Position numbers and translations under genes: made by a program. The notes below the pieces were generated by a model. The model saw only the letters and a program-made list of their open reading frames with translations, ran no database searches and was not told the origin of the DNA. This document shows positions 27,369 through 37,024 of a stretch of DNA of 64,000 nt, in pieces. Origin of the DNA: a virus (taxonomy: Duplodnaviria > Heunggongvirae > Uroviricota > Caudoviricetes); the IMG/VR virus record IMGVR_UViG_3300042894_006602; one strand, 5' to 3'. How positions within the stretch are numbered: the first letter of the stretch is position 1; each line of letters opens with the position of its first letter.

Positions 27369-28478
27369 ATGAGAAATCTACCAAAAGAAGAGTTATTAAG
27401 CAGACTCGAAGCAATTAACAGAAGTAATGCTATTATCTACTTTGATCTTGCAGGTACTATATTAGGAGTTAATGACATTTTTTTGGAGGCAATGGGTTAT
27501 GGTAAAGGTAATCATGATGATATCATTGGTAAACATCATAGCATTTTTGTATGTGATGATTATGCAAGAACACTTGAGTATGAGAAGTTTTGGGACATCT
27601 TAAGAAGTGGTAAGTACTATACTGGAGAATTTGAAAGAAGAAGAAAGGATGGAAGTCTTATTAATCTTCAAGCAACTTATAATCCTATCTTTGATGAGGA
27701 TGGTAAGATTACTAAGATAATGAAAATTGCGACTGACATTAGTGCAATTGTCGATAGTAAAAAACAGATAGATGCAATTAACAGAAGCACAGCTCTTATT
27801 AGTTTCAACATCGATGGATTTATAACAGATGTGAATTCTATATTTTTAGAAACTATGGGTTATAAAGCTAATGAAAAAGATAAAGTCATTGGTAAGCATC
27901 ATAGTGTTTTTGTTAGTTATGAATATTCTAAATCTGATGAGTATATTAAGTTTTGGGATAGTTTAAGAAAGGGTAAATTCTTTGATGGAATATTTGAAAG
28001 AAGAAAAGTAGATGGTTCTACTGTTTACTTACAAGCATCTTATAATCCTGTAATGGATAGTAAAGGAAATATCACTGACGTAGTTAAAATCGCAACTGAT
28101 GTTACTGAGTCTGTAATCAATAAGAAAAAAATAGATGAACTCACAAAGAATTTACAAATAGAGTTAGATAATTCCGAAAAACTTAAAAACTCAATAGAAT
28201 TAGAAAAAGATGCAGCCCTAAATGACTTAGATGTAATGATGAAAAAAAGTCAAAGTGAGCTAATAAAAATAATTGTTAAGGTTGCTTTAGCTGTTATAGT
28301 TGGAGTAGGAGTCGTAACAACAGTTTTATACTGGGCGGCTATTATAACAGGACAAGACACACAAATAATAGGATCAACTTGGAGTAACATGTTTAGTGTG
28401 TTGTTAACAAATGCCTTTTCAATAGTTGGTACAATTATGGGTATAAAGTATGCTACTCAAGATAGTAACAAAAAATAG
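27369..28478 (+). CDS. tandem PAS-domain protein with coiled coil and C-terminal TM helices
   Basis: Two repeats of about 115 aa (..NRSNAIIYFDLAGTILGVNDIFLEAMGY.. and ..NRSTALISFNIDGFITDVNSIFLETMGY..) typical of the PAS fold. Hydrophobic C-terminus. Confidence 0.6.
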   Translation: MRNLPKEELLSRLEAINRSNAIIYFDLAGTILGVNDIFLEAMGYGKGNHDDIIGKHHSIFVCDDYARTLEYEKFWDILRSGKYYTGEFERRRKDGSLINLQATYNPIFDEDGKITKIMKIATDISAIVDSKKQIDAINRSTALISFNIDGFITDVNSIFLETMGYKANEKDKVIGKHHSVFVSYEYSKSDEYIKFWDSLRKGKFFDGIFERRKVDGSTVYLQASYNPVMDSKGNITDVVKIATDVTESVINKKKIDELTKNLQIELDNSEKLKNSIELEKDAALNDLDVMMKKSQSELIKIIVKVALAVIVGVGVVTTVLYWAAIITGQDTQIIGSTWSNMFSVLLTNAFSIVGTIMGIKYATQDSNKK

Positions 28479-28509
28479 AATTGTTAGATAACAATTCTAT
28501 TATCTTAAC

Positions 28510-29217
28510 TTAATCAATAAATTCAATTTCATTGGTTTCACTATCCCAATCAATTGTGATTGGTTTATTTCTAAACTCATATCTATCATTAAGAACTGAT
28601 GCGTTGAAAAAGTGTGTTGTTCCATCAAATACATAACCAGCACCTTCGTGAATATGTCCAAAAACATGAATTTTAGGTTTAACACTTTTAACTACATTAA
28701 GTAAATCTTCACATCCGACATTTCCACCTCTGTTTACAAAATCTAATTTACCAAAAGGTGGTCCGTGTGTTATTAGTATATCAGTGTTTTGTGGAATTAA
28801 ATTCCATTTCCCTTTAATTTCTTCGCCTCTTTCTAAATTAAAGGCCCAGTTCATAAATTTTGGTTGCCATGGACTACCCCATATATGAATATTATCTTCT
28901 GGAAAATCTCCATTAGGTCCATCAAAATAAAGTGTTAAGCCACTATCCTGTAAATATTCTATTGTTTTATAACCTGATAACATACCAGACGCCCAACTTG
29001 GATCATTCTCCATAATTCTATCATGATTTCCAGATATAAGAATCTTAGTTTCATAACCTTTTATTGAATCATACCAACTAAAAAAGCTTTCGGCTTCTGA
29101 TGGGTTATATCCACTTGACATAAAATCACCAGCATGAATTAATATATCACCACCCGGTAAGAAAGAATTTACTAATCTGTGTTTAGTATGTGTATCTGAT
29201 AAAAGTGTAATTCTCAT
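28510..29217 (-). CDS. calcineurin-like metallophosphoesterase
   Basis: MRITLLSDTHTKH, GDFMSSG, GNHD, GPPFG and GHIHEG motifs. Confidence 0.7.
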   Translation of the reverse strand: MRITLLSDTHTKHRLVNSFLPGGDILIHAGDFMSSGYNPSEAESFFSWYDSIKGYETKILISGNHDRIMENDPSWASGMLSGYKTIEYLQDSGLTLYFDGPNGDFPEDNIHIWGSPWQPKFMNWAFNLERGEEIKGKWNLIPQNTDILITHGPPFGKLDFVNRGGNVGCEDLLNVVKSVKPKIHVFGHIHEGAGYVFDGTTHFFNASVLNDRYEFRNKPITIDWDSETNEIEFID

Positions 29218-29234
29218 AGATTATATATTGAGTT

Positions 29235-29245
29235 ACAAAGATAAG
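29235..29245 (-). promoter_or_regulatory. Bacteroidetes-type -7 box (minus strand cTTATCTTTGt)
   Basis: TAnnTTTG consensus 18 nt upstream of the metallophosphoesterase start. The same ACAAAGATAAG occurs in both 104-bp repeats. Confidence 0.45.
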
Positions 29246-29345
29246 GATTAAAAACCAAATGTTACATTATTGTTTATCACTAATTATTTTGTGTATGTCT
29301 TAAAAGGACCTCTTTCAATTCAATATATAAAAATAAAAATTAATT

Positions 29346-29636
29346 ATGTATGAACCATTCGTAGGAGAAATATGTCAGTATCCTTATAATTTCGCACCAA
29401 AAAACTGGGCACCATGTCACGGTCAAATCATGCCTATACAACAAAACACTGCTTTGTTTTCACTATTAGGAACTACTTTCGGTGGTGATGGTAGAACCAC
29501 ATTTGCCTTACCAGATTTAAGACCAAAAGATGAAAACGGAAATGTTATTCAACTTAGATTTGGAGATATTTATGAAGGTAAACCTTATATGGATTACTAT
29601 ATTGCATTAAACGGAATTTATCCTTCAAGAAGCTAA
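29346..29636 (+). CDS. phage tail-collar domain protein (MdpB-like), paralog 1
   Basis: G.I..YPYNFAP..W..CHGQ..PI..N.ALFSLLGTTFGGDG.TTFALPDLRP matches the phage tail collar domain consensus. Confidence 0.75.
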   Translation: MYEPFVGEICQYPYNFAPKNWAPCHGQIMPIQQNTALFSLLGTTFGGDGRTTFALPDLRPKDENGNVIQLRFGDIYEGKPYMDYYIALNGIYPSRS

Positions 29637-29652
29637 AAAATAAAATTTAATT

Positions 29653-29943
29653 ATGGACGAAGTATTTATTGGGGAGTTAGCTCAATTTCCTTACAATTTT
29701 TGCCCCGCAGGTTGGGCTTACTGTCACGGACAGTTATTATCTATCGCTGAGAATGATGTATTATACACATTATTGGGAACCACTTATGGTGGCGATGGTG
29801 TTCAAACATTTGGCTTACCGGATTTAAGACCAAAAGATGAAATGGGAAATGTCATCCAACTCAGAGTTGGTGAGGTACACAATGGTAAAGTTTTTATAGA
29901 AACTTATATAGCATTAGAGGGTATTTATCCACCAATGTCTTAA
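29653..29943 (+). CDS. phage tail-collar domain protein, paralog 2
   Basis: About 55% identical to paralog 1 with the same conserved motifs. Confidence 0.75.
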   Translation: MDEVFIGELAQFPYNFCPAGWAYCHGQLLSIAENDVLYTLLGTTYGGDGVQTFGLPDLRPKDEMGNVIQLRVGEVHNGKVFIETYIALEGIYPPMS

Positions 29944-29952
29944 TAACTTATA

Positions 29953-29985
29953 AAAAAAACCTCACCTAAAAATGAGGTTTTTTTA
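29953..29985. terminator. bidirectional terminator (A7-CCTCACCTAAAAATGAGG-T8)
   Basis: Hairpin with an A-run on one side and a T-run on the other, between convergent genes. Confidence 0.7.
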
Positions 29986-30498
29986 TTAAACTATTTTATT
30001 AAATATTAATTTACAACTTAAGTTATGTGCTAACTGACGAATGAAACCAGGTGTAGCCTTAGTTTTGTGTAGAAGTTTTGGTTTTTTAACCACATCAAAA
30101 GTAAAGTCTTCATTTACATAAATTAATCCAGCGTATTCAGGAACTTCTTCAACTGAAATCAAATCTTTTGGCACAACATAGTTAAAGTAGTTACACACTC
30201 TCCACAACTGTTCACCCTTTCTAACATAAGTAAACTTTTCGTTTAAGATGTGTGAATGTTTTTCTTTGATGAAATCTTTTTTAAAGTCTTGACGACTTAT
30301 TTTAATTTCATACTCATAGATATAATCCGACTTTGATACCGAAATAACATCACACTCTTGAAGGCCCATTCCAGTAAATCTAGTTGTGATTGGAGAATGT
30401 GATTTCTGATAAAGATACATTACTAAAGCCGCTTCTATGTTTTTAGACTTTGAGTTATCTCTTTTTATTTTATTAATTGATGATTTTCTACCCATCAA
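29986..30498 (-). CDS. hypothetical protein, possible PD-(D/E)xK (MmcB-like) fold
   Basis: ECDVISV...YEYEIKIS gives a D..E-x-K pattern. Weak. Confidence 0.35.
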   Translation of the reverse strand: MMGRKSSINKIKRDNSKSKNIEAALVMYLYQKSHSPITTRFTGMGLQECDVISVSKSDYIYEYEIKISRQDFKKDFIKEKHSHILNEKFTYVRKGEQLWRVCNYFNYVVPKDLISVEEVPEYAGLIYVNEDFTFDVVKKPKLLHKTKATPGFIRQLAHNLSCKLIFNKIV

Positions 30499-30561
30499 TT
30501 ATGTATAATTATTTTAGATGTTCATAAAAAAAAAGAGAGAAACTAATTTCTCTCTTTACAT

Positions 30562-31068
30562 TTAATCATTGATATAAACTTTATCAAAAGTTCCATCAGT
30601 ATAGTAAATGATTAGATATTTACCCTTTTCAATTTGACATTCTTTACCATTCAAATCAACTACCTTAAGTATATTTTTATCTGTGTTATTTGTTAATGAT
30701 TCAATTCCTAAAATTGAACAATCTGTAGAAAATGTAAGTGATGCTCCTGAATTTAATACCTGTGTTATACATTGTGGAATTGGACCGGGAGCTGGTGGTT
30801 GGATAGATCCTACATATAAACACACAGTTACTGTAATGGGATAAATACTATCATAAATAGCATAGTGGTATACATCTCCGAAAGTAGTATCAACTGATAA
30901 AAGTGTCATACTACCAGCTCCATTAGGACCACTATAAGTATCTGTTAAAAAGTAAGGGCAATTCTGATTATTGATTACATAAACATCAACAGGGGTGTAA
31001 AATTGTTGTTGAGAATAGGATAAAAAATGGGTTAACAATAATGTTAAGGTAATTATTAAATTTTTCAT
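30562..31068 (-). CDS. secreted protein (168 aa)
   Basis: Signal peptide MKNLIITLTLLLTHFLSYSQ. Confidence 0.5.
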   Translation of the reverse strand: MKNLIITLTLLLTHFLSYSQQQFYTPVDVYVINNQNCPYFLTDTYSGPNGAGSMTLLSVDTTFGDVYHYAIYDSIYPITVTVCLYVGSIQPPAPGPIPQCITQVLNSGASLTFSTDCSILGIESLTNNTDKNILKVVDLNGKECQIEKGKYLIIYYTDGTFDKVYIND

Positions 31069-31138
31069 ATATTTTTTATTTTTTATATATGATATTTTAA
31101 TAATGTTTAATACATCAGTTGATTAAGATTCAAAAGAC

Positions 31139-31627
31139 TTAAGTAGTTTCTTGAAAAAGAGATGCTAAAGACCAAGCAATAATTGATACTACTGCTCCTA
31201 CTAAAAATAATAATCCGTTGCTTGTTGCTAATCCTATAAAAGCCGCTACTGGTGCTCCGAAACAAAGTAGTAATGCAACTGATGCGCCTGAAATACGAGC
31301 TATTTTTTCTAATATTGTTTCACTTTCTTCTTCAACTGATTCGTTAACGATAGGTTGAATTTGTAATGGGTTTCCAACAAATGATTTAATCCAATTCCAT
31401 AGTTTCATTAATTCAGACTGACTTTGTTGTTTTAGTTTTTGTAAAGTTTCTTGCATCAATTCAGTGTTTTCTCCAATCCATTCCATAGCAGATTCAGCAC
31501 CTTCTTTAACTTCACCAGTTAATTTTGATATCCAACTTGATAGTTTCTCTTTTATCCATTCATAGGTTTTTTGAAACCAGTTTTCATTTACACCGTTAAA
31601 ATTCTCGTAAGTCTTAATATATTTCAT
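31139..31627 (-). CDS. N-tagged (MKYIKTYENF) protein with C-terminal TM helices
   Basis: Shares the N-terminal MK[YF][LI]K.[YF]EN[FY] motif with at least 10 other proteins in the window. Confidence 0.5.
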   Translation of the reverse strand: MKYIKTYENFNGVNENWFQKTYEWIKEKLSSWISKLTGEVKEGAESAMEWIGENTELMQETLQKLKQQSQSELMKLWNWIKSFVGNPLQIQPIVNESVEEESETILEKIARISGASVALLLCFGAPVAAFIGLATSNGLLFLVGAVVSIIAWSLASLFQETT

Positions 31628-31654
31628 TTGTTTAGAATTTTTTTTATTAAGATA

Positions 31655-32167
31655 TTACTCGAAAGATTCTTTGGTGAACTGCTTGTCAATACCAGGCAAC
31701 TCTTCCTTGAATTCTTTAGCCCATTTAGATTGGCCTAATAAGTATTTAATGAATTTATCTTGATGTTCTTCAGCAACATAACCAAAAATAACTTTGTCGC
31801 TGCTTGCTTTTCCGACTCTCACAAATTTATCTTTCTTTAGTTTGAAACACATCTCAACAGGTTGTTTCAATAATTCACTTTCTAACTTAAAAACCATTGA
31901 CGTGCTGTCAGCAAATAATTTACTGAAGAATCCCTTTTTCTCTTCGGCAAGAAATACTTCACAATCAACTAACTTACAATTATAACTACCCCATTTTGTC
32001 GCACTCATAGGAGTAACGAGTGCATCACAAAGGAATTCATCTGGTTTATCTGAAGCTTTTTCTTCTGTAGGTTTTTGTGACTTATACTGACCACCAGCTA
32101 TAGCACCCATTGATCCTGGTACCATTTCATTAATTTTATAGTTTTCGAATGTTTTAAGATATCTCAT
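31655..32167 (-). CDS. N-tagged (MRYLKTFENY) hypothetical protein
   Basis: Shares the same N-terminal motif. Confidence 0.5.
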   Translation of the reverse strand: MRYLKTFENYKINEMVPGSMGAIAGGQYKSQKPTEEKASDKPDEFLCDALVTPMSATKWGSYNCKLVDCEVFLAEEKKGFFSKLFADSTSMVFKLESELLKQPVEMCFKLKKDKFVRVGKASSDKVIFGYVAEEHQDKFIKYLLGQSKWAKEFKEELPGIDKQFTKESFE

Positions 32168-32260
32168 TTTTAAAATTGTATTTTAGGTTATATATTAAAA
32201 ATTAAAATTAAAAAAGTTTTTGAAAATATTTCCGATCTCTTACTTAAAAGATTGTTTAAT

Positions 32261-33220
32261 TTATTTAAAAAACTTTTCTAATTGTTTCATTAAATCCGGA
32301 TTATCAAATATTTCTTTTTGAACTTTATCAACTAAATATTTAGTAGTTTCTGGTCTTGAATCGGCCATATCAGTTTTTGTTTCATCATCAATTCTAATCT
32401 GAAGTCTTAAATGTTTTTTTAGTAATTGTTCACTTTGATAATCAACTGACATTGATGAAGCTTGCATCATAATAGTAGTGATTGGCTTTACCCATTCTAC
32501 CAATCCCCAACCTTCAGTTTTAACTCCTAAACTTTCAGCGTGAATACCTGTTCCTAAAGAAAGACATTCAATATCAGATAATCTAATATCACAGTTTTTA
32601 ATTACATCAGAAACAGCGGCTAAAACTGGATTGTTGATGTAAACACCACCATCGACTAACACTCTATCTTTGCCGTCATACTTCATTTCATATGAAGGTA
32701 GGTAAGTCGGTGCTGCTGAAGTAGCCCTACAAACATCTTTTAATTTAGCATCAAATCTTTGTTTAGACCATTTAGCATTTCTAGTCTTAAACATTATAAT
32801 CTCATTTGACTTTAGGTCATAAGAAGTTACAATAATAGGTTTTAGTGTATTTTTAAGTGTTAGATCACCAAAATATTGAGTTAAGAGTTTATCTAATCCT
32901 TCTGGTGAATACTTAGGATTGAAAACTGATTTAACACCTTTTGACCACTTTTGAAATATATTTTTTGGTTGTGGAAAAATAGTATCTCCTTCTGTTGTAT
33001 ATAATTTATAAAGTGTGTCTAAATCTAAGTGTGTTGTTTTACCATTTTTAGTTGCTGTTAGACCAGCTGCGATAATACCACCGGTAGAAGTTCCAACAAT
33101 ACAGTCGAATAACTCATAGATTTTTTTACCAGTAATTTCTTCAATTTTTTTTAAGATTAACACTGGAATAATTCCTCTTAATCCACCACCGTCAAGTGAT
33201 AATATTCTATACTTTGCCAT
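32261..33220 (-). CDS. patatin-like phospholipase
   Basis: DGGGLRG oxyanion motif, GTSTGG (GxSxG nucleophile) and the downstream DGG catalytic Asp motif. Confidence 0.8.
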   Translation of the reverse strand: MAKYRILSLDGGGLRGIIPVLILKKIEEITGKKIYELFDCIVGTSTGGIIAAGLTATKNGKTTHLDLDTLYKLYTTEGDTIFPQPKNIFQKWSKGVKSVFNPKYSPEGLDKLLTQYFGDLTLKNTLKPIIVTSYDLKSNEIIMFKTRNAKWSKQRFDAKLKDVCRATSAAPTYLPSYEMKYDGKDRVLVDGGVYINNPVLAAVSDVIKNCDIRLSDIECLSLGTGIHAESLGVKTEGWGLVEWVKPITTIMMQASSMSVDYQSEQLLKKHLRLQIRIDDETKTDMADSRPETTKYLVDKVQKEIFDNPDLMKQLEKFFK

Positions 33221-33303
33221 ATTTAACTTTTTTTAGTTATATATTGACTTATTGTATATCTATATTATTTTCCTAAATTATTTGATATCTTATTAGTAAA
33301 TAC

Positions 33304-33615
33304 TTAAAATAAAGCAGCAATCCATTGAGCTGTTTTGTAACCAGCAAATGCTCCTAAAGCAGCACTACCTGGAAGAATGATAAATCTACCTAAGCGTGTT
33401 TGGTATTTGGCTCTATTGACAATATAAGACATCAAACTATAATAAACTAAAAAGTTAATAAAAACCATAACATCAAGTTCTTTTGAAATAAAAAGTACAA
33501 TTGAGTTACCAACAAATCCCCAAAGGAAATTTATCATTGTTTCTCTAATCAATTCACCAGGTGTTGTGATTGCACCATAGATGTTGAGTTGTTTATCTAA
33601 TATGTTTTTATCCAC
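33304..33615 (-). CDS. small membrane protein
   Basis: Three hydrophobic segments. Confidence 0.4.
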   Translation of the reverse strand: MDKNILDKQLNIYGAITTPGELIRETMINFLWGFVGNSIVLFISKELDVMVFINFLVYYSLMSYIVNRAKYQTRLGRFIILPGSAALGAFAGYKTAQWIAALF

Positions 33616-33624
33616 TTTTTTAAT

Positions 33625-34587
33625 TTATTTTTGGTAACCAAATCTTATAAAATCTTCTTTATAGATTTCATAAATGATATCTTTTTGTTCGTCAGTCAAC
33701 TCATATTCATATTTAGGTGTCTTATTTTCATAAGGAAGTTGAATAGGGTCTAATCCAATTACTTTACAAATTTCGTTAAAGTCTTGTTGCATTGTTTCTA
33801 CATGACCTAAATAATCTACACCGTCAGGAATAAAATAGTGTTGTGGTGTTAAGTGTTCCTGTTCTAATGAATTTACTAATTTAGTTTTGATAAATTCATC
33901 TATATCAGAATTTCCAATAAACTTATCTTTTTCTTCTTCTTGTTTTGTTCCTAATCCACCATTAACTAAGAAAAAGTAAGCACTTAAAAATCTTTGATAA
34001 GGATTTCTAACAAAAGCAAATGAAAAACATTTTGAATTTTTCCTATCAAATACATTATGATTTGTCCGCACACTAAGAACTTTTTTCACACTTGTTCCGC
34101 CAGTTTTTGGAATATGACAAAAAGTGTATTGTTCATTTTTTATATGATTTGTGTGAATTACATTATCCCATTTGTCTTTGACAATTAATAATAGGTTACC
34201 AATTTTCGCTAACTTTTCTACCGGTGAATGCCAAAATCTTTGTCCACCGAATTTGTGAGAGCTTCTCCAAATAATACGGTTATTAAATGTATCGTAAAGT
34301 CTAAATTTTAATTCTATATGTTCATTTGAATTAATATAAATCTTATTTGAAATATAGTCAATAGAAGTTGTGATTATTGGAACTGAAGGATTGATACTAA
34401 TTTCTGGACTATCAATTTCTGAGGTAGTATTAATTCTAAAATTAATATCTGGTGATAACTCCCAGCAATTTCTTTCAAAGATTAACTTACCGTCGATATT
34501 TCTTACAGAAATTTGAAAAAGTCCTGATTTTCCAACTTCAAAATATATCGTTTGTTCTGGTTCTGAAATTCTTAATTTTGTAATCAT
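33625..34587 (-). CDS. sulfotransferase family 2-like protein with N-terminal beta-rich domain
   Basis: FCHIPKTGGTS matches the 5'-PSB (PAPS-binding) motif of Sulfotransfer_2-type enzymes. RNPYQRFLSAYFF fits the 3'-PB region. Confidence 0.55.
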   Translation of the reverse strand: MITKLRISEPEQTIYFEVGKSGLFQISVRNIDGKLIFERNCWELSPDINFRINTTSEIDSPEISINPSVPIITTSIDYISNKIYINSNEHIELKFRLYDTFNNRIIWRSSHKFGGQRFWHSPVEKLAKIGNLLLIVKDKWDNVIHTNHIKNEQYTFCHIPKTGGTSVKKVLSVRTNHNVFDRKNSKCFSFAFVRNPYQRFLSAYFFLVNGGLGTKQEEEKDKFIGNSDIDEFIKTKLVNSLEQEHLTPQHYFIPDGVDYLGHVETMQQDFNEICKVIGLDPIQLPYENKTPKYEYELTDEQKDIIYEIYKEDFIRFGYQK

Positions 34588-34646
34588 ATTTTATTTTATT
34601 ATAAAATAGTTTTTTGTTTGAAATAATTTTCTTTTATATATATCAA

Positions 34647-35330
34647 ATGTTACTAATTGACTCGAAAAATAAAATTGATTCTAATAAACTCTATATTGAA
34701 AAATTTAAAAAGGTTTATATAGAGGCTTTTCCAGATGAAATGGAAAGAGAAGACTTTAATGAAATTCTTTACAGAGTTAGATACTCAGATTTTTTAAAAA
34801 CTGTGATTGTTTTAGATATTGATGGTGATGATTTGTCTGGTGGTATGGTTTTAGATATTTATGATAATCAAATATATCACCTAATTTATTTAGTCACTGA
34901 TCCAAAATTCAGAGTAAGAGGTTGTGCCAAAAAATTAATTAAAGAAGGACTTCCAAGACTTTTTAAAAATTATCAATCAGCTTCGACTGGTGTTTTTGTT
35001 GAAACAAATATACCTCACCTAACTAAAAAAGATTCTTTTTCACCAAAGACTAGAGTTGAAATATTTGAAAAGTTAGGTATGAAAAGAATTCCAATTAAAT
35101 ATATCCAGCCGCCACTGGAATATGGTAAAAACTGGGTATTTAATTTACAACTTCTTTACTGTCCAGTGACTAGTGATTTATCTGAAATTTCAACCCATGA
35201 AGTAGTTTATTTTTTAAATAGTCTTTATCGTGGTTTAGAGCAACCATATGATAATTCAAATTTAGATTTTATGAGAAAAAGCCTGGGAGATTTTGGGGAT
35301 ACCGTAAAACTGGGCACAATTATTAAATGA
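34647..35330 (+). CDS. GNAT-family acetyltransferase-like protein
   Basis: LVTDPKFRVRGCAKKLI resembles GNAT motif A. The start is set at the first ATG; the track ORF begins at a TTG. Confidence 0.4.
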   Translation: MLLIDSKNKIDSNKLYIEKFKKVYIEAFPDEMEREDFNEILYRVRYSDFLKTVIVLDIDGDDLSGGMVLDIYDNQIYHLIYLVTDPKFRVRGCAKKLIKEGLPRLFKNYQSASTGVFVETNIPHLTKKDSFSPKTRVEIFEKLGMKRIPIKYIQPPLEYGKNWVFNLQLLYCPVTSDLSEISTHEVVYFLNSLYRGLEQPYDNSNLDFMRKSLGDFGDTVKLGTIIK

Positions 35331-35370
35331 ACTTTTGTCTAAAAATCTTATATAATAAATAAAAAAATTA

Positions 35371-36252
35371 ATGGCAAAAGACACTTATTTAGATCCACTC
35401 TACAAATGGACTGGTGGTAAAAGAAAAGAAATCAAAACATTTAGTAAATACTATCCAGAGTTTATTACTAACGGAGAAGAATATACTTTTGTTGAACCGT
35501 TTTTTGGAGGTGGTGCTGTTTACTGGTCACTTAACGCAAAAAATAATGTTATCAATGATATTGATGAAGAGTTAGTAAATTTCATTAGACAAGCAAAATC
35601 AAATCCAGAGGCAATCAGATTGGCAGTTAAACAAGTTGGAGATAAAATTAAAGCAGTCAGTGAAAGAGAAAAAGCAAAAGAACTTACAATCGCTGAGGCA
35701 AAAACACTTAGAGGCGAAAACTACTATGAGTGGAGAAATAAAGACCGTAAAGATGGTTTAACTTGGATGTCTGAATTAGATAGAGCCAGTCGTTTTTATA
35801 TCGTTAATCAATTAGCGTTTAATGGTATGAGACGTTTTAACTCCAGAGGTGAATTTAATATTCCATACGGTAATTATAAGTCATTAAATATTGACCTGTC
35901 TGAAAAACACGTTGAACTTTTACAAAGAACTGAAGTACTTTGTGGAAGTTACAAAGATGTTATGTTGGCAAATGATAAACCAAACACATTCATTTATTTA
36001 GATCCACCATATACCAGAGAGTTCAATGAGTATTCACATGAAAATGTATTTGGTACAAAACAACAAATTGAATTAGCCGATACATTTAAATCTATGAAAG
36101 AGGCTAAAGTTATGATTATCATTAACAAAGATGATTTCACAACTGAACTTTACAAAGACTACATCAAATTGACTTATGATTTAAAGTATTCAACTAATAT
36201 CAAAAACAGATATGACAATTCAGTTCAACATATTGTCGTTACAAATTATTAA
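35371..36252 (+). CDS. dam: Dam-family N6-adenine DNA methyltransferase
   Basis: YKWTGGKRK (KWAGGK), FVEPFFGGGAVY, FNGMRRFNSRGEFNIPYG and FIYLDPPY align with E. coli and T4 Dam. Confidence 0.85.
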   Translation: MAKDTYLDPLYKWTGGKRKEIKTFSKYYPEFITNGEEYTFVEPFFGGGAVYWSLNAKNNVINDIDEELVNFIRQAKSNPEAIRLAVKQVGDKIKAVSEREKAKELTIAEAKTLRGENYYEWRNKDRKDGLTWMSELDRASRFYIVNQLAFNGMRRFNSRGEFNIPYGNYKSLNIDLSEKHVELLQRTEVLCGSYKDVMLANDKPNTFIYLDPPYTREFNEYSHENVFGTKQQIELADTFKSMKEAKVMIIINKDDFTTELYKDYIKLTYDLKYSTNIKNRYDNSVQHIVVTNY

Positions 36253-36254
36253 TT

Positions 36255-36896
36255 ATGAAAATGAAAGGTATTATTAATTATTACACAGCTTGCCCAGAGA
36301 CTGTAAATTCAATTGAAGGTTGGGTTATTAGTCCACGAGAAAAAATATCTATCTCAGAGTGTTATACACTAACAGATACCTCTGATGCTGAAGTTAGAAA
36401 AAGGGCAGAACTTGGTCAACTAAAATCAGGAGATGATGTCGAATTCGAATTAGTAACAGATTGTTATATCAAAGATGATGGTGTTAGAAGTGTACACACT
36501 ACAAAAGCTAAAATAATTTTTGGAAAAGATAATACTCAAAAACTATTCTTAATTGATATTGATGGAACTATTTGTGATGATATTAAAAATGAAGACTCAC
36601 ATCTTTATGAAACGGCTGGTGTTTTTGAAGGCGCTTTAGATATAATAAACAAATGGCATGATGAAGGTCACGTAATTACTTTCTTTACTGCCAGAGAATC
36701 AAAAGATAGACTGGTAACAGAAGATTGGTTACAAAGATATGGATTTAAATATCACGGTCTTGTTATGGACAAACCAAGAATTTCTGATGGTCAGGAGTAT
36801 GTTTGGATTGATAATAAAAAAGTTAGAGCCGTAACATACTTGGGAACTTGGTCAGACTTAGTTGAAGTTGATGCTAGAATACAAATCTTTATTTAA
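36255..36896 (+). CDS. HAD-superfamily phosphatase with about 90-aa N-terminal extension
   Basis: LFLIDIDGTICDD (DxDGT motif I), ITFFTAR (motif II region), and a C-terminal Asp-rich block. Confidence 0.55.
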   Translation: MKMKGIINYYTACPETVNSIEGWVISPREKISISECYTLTDTSDAEVRKRAELGQLKSGDDVEFELVTDCYIKDDGVRSVHTTKAKIIFGKDNTQKLFLIDIDGTICDDIKNEDSHLYETAGVFEGALDIINKWHDEGHVITFFTARESKDRLVTEDWLQRYGFKYHGLVMDKPRISDGQEYVWIDNKKVRAVTYLGTWSDLVEVDARIQIFI

Positions 36897-36915
36897 AAAA
36901 ATAATATATAACTTT

Positions 36916-36973
36916 AGCTCCGTGTGACTAACTCCTATCGTGCGCAAAACTTTATGGTTCACGGGGCTTTTTG
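36916..36973 (+). terminator. long terminator hairpin GCTCCGTG...CACGGGGC + TTTTTG
   Basis: An 8-bp stem enclosing a structured loop, followed by a T-run after the HAD gene. Confidence 0.45.
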
Positions 36974-37024
36974 AAAGTCGCAAATCTTTACAAAACTTTT
37001 TACACTTTATTAAATATCAAACAT

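Noticed and set aside
36971-37024. Upstream start (36971) of the 37025-37594 gene given in the ORF track
   Set aside because: The first 18 codons lie within and just after the terminator hairpin of the preceding gene. The Met at 37025 (MKSIDLK...) is more plausible.
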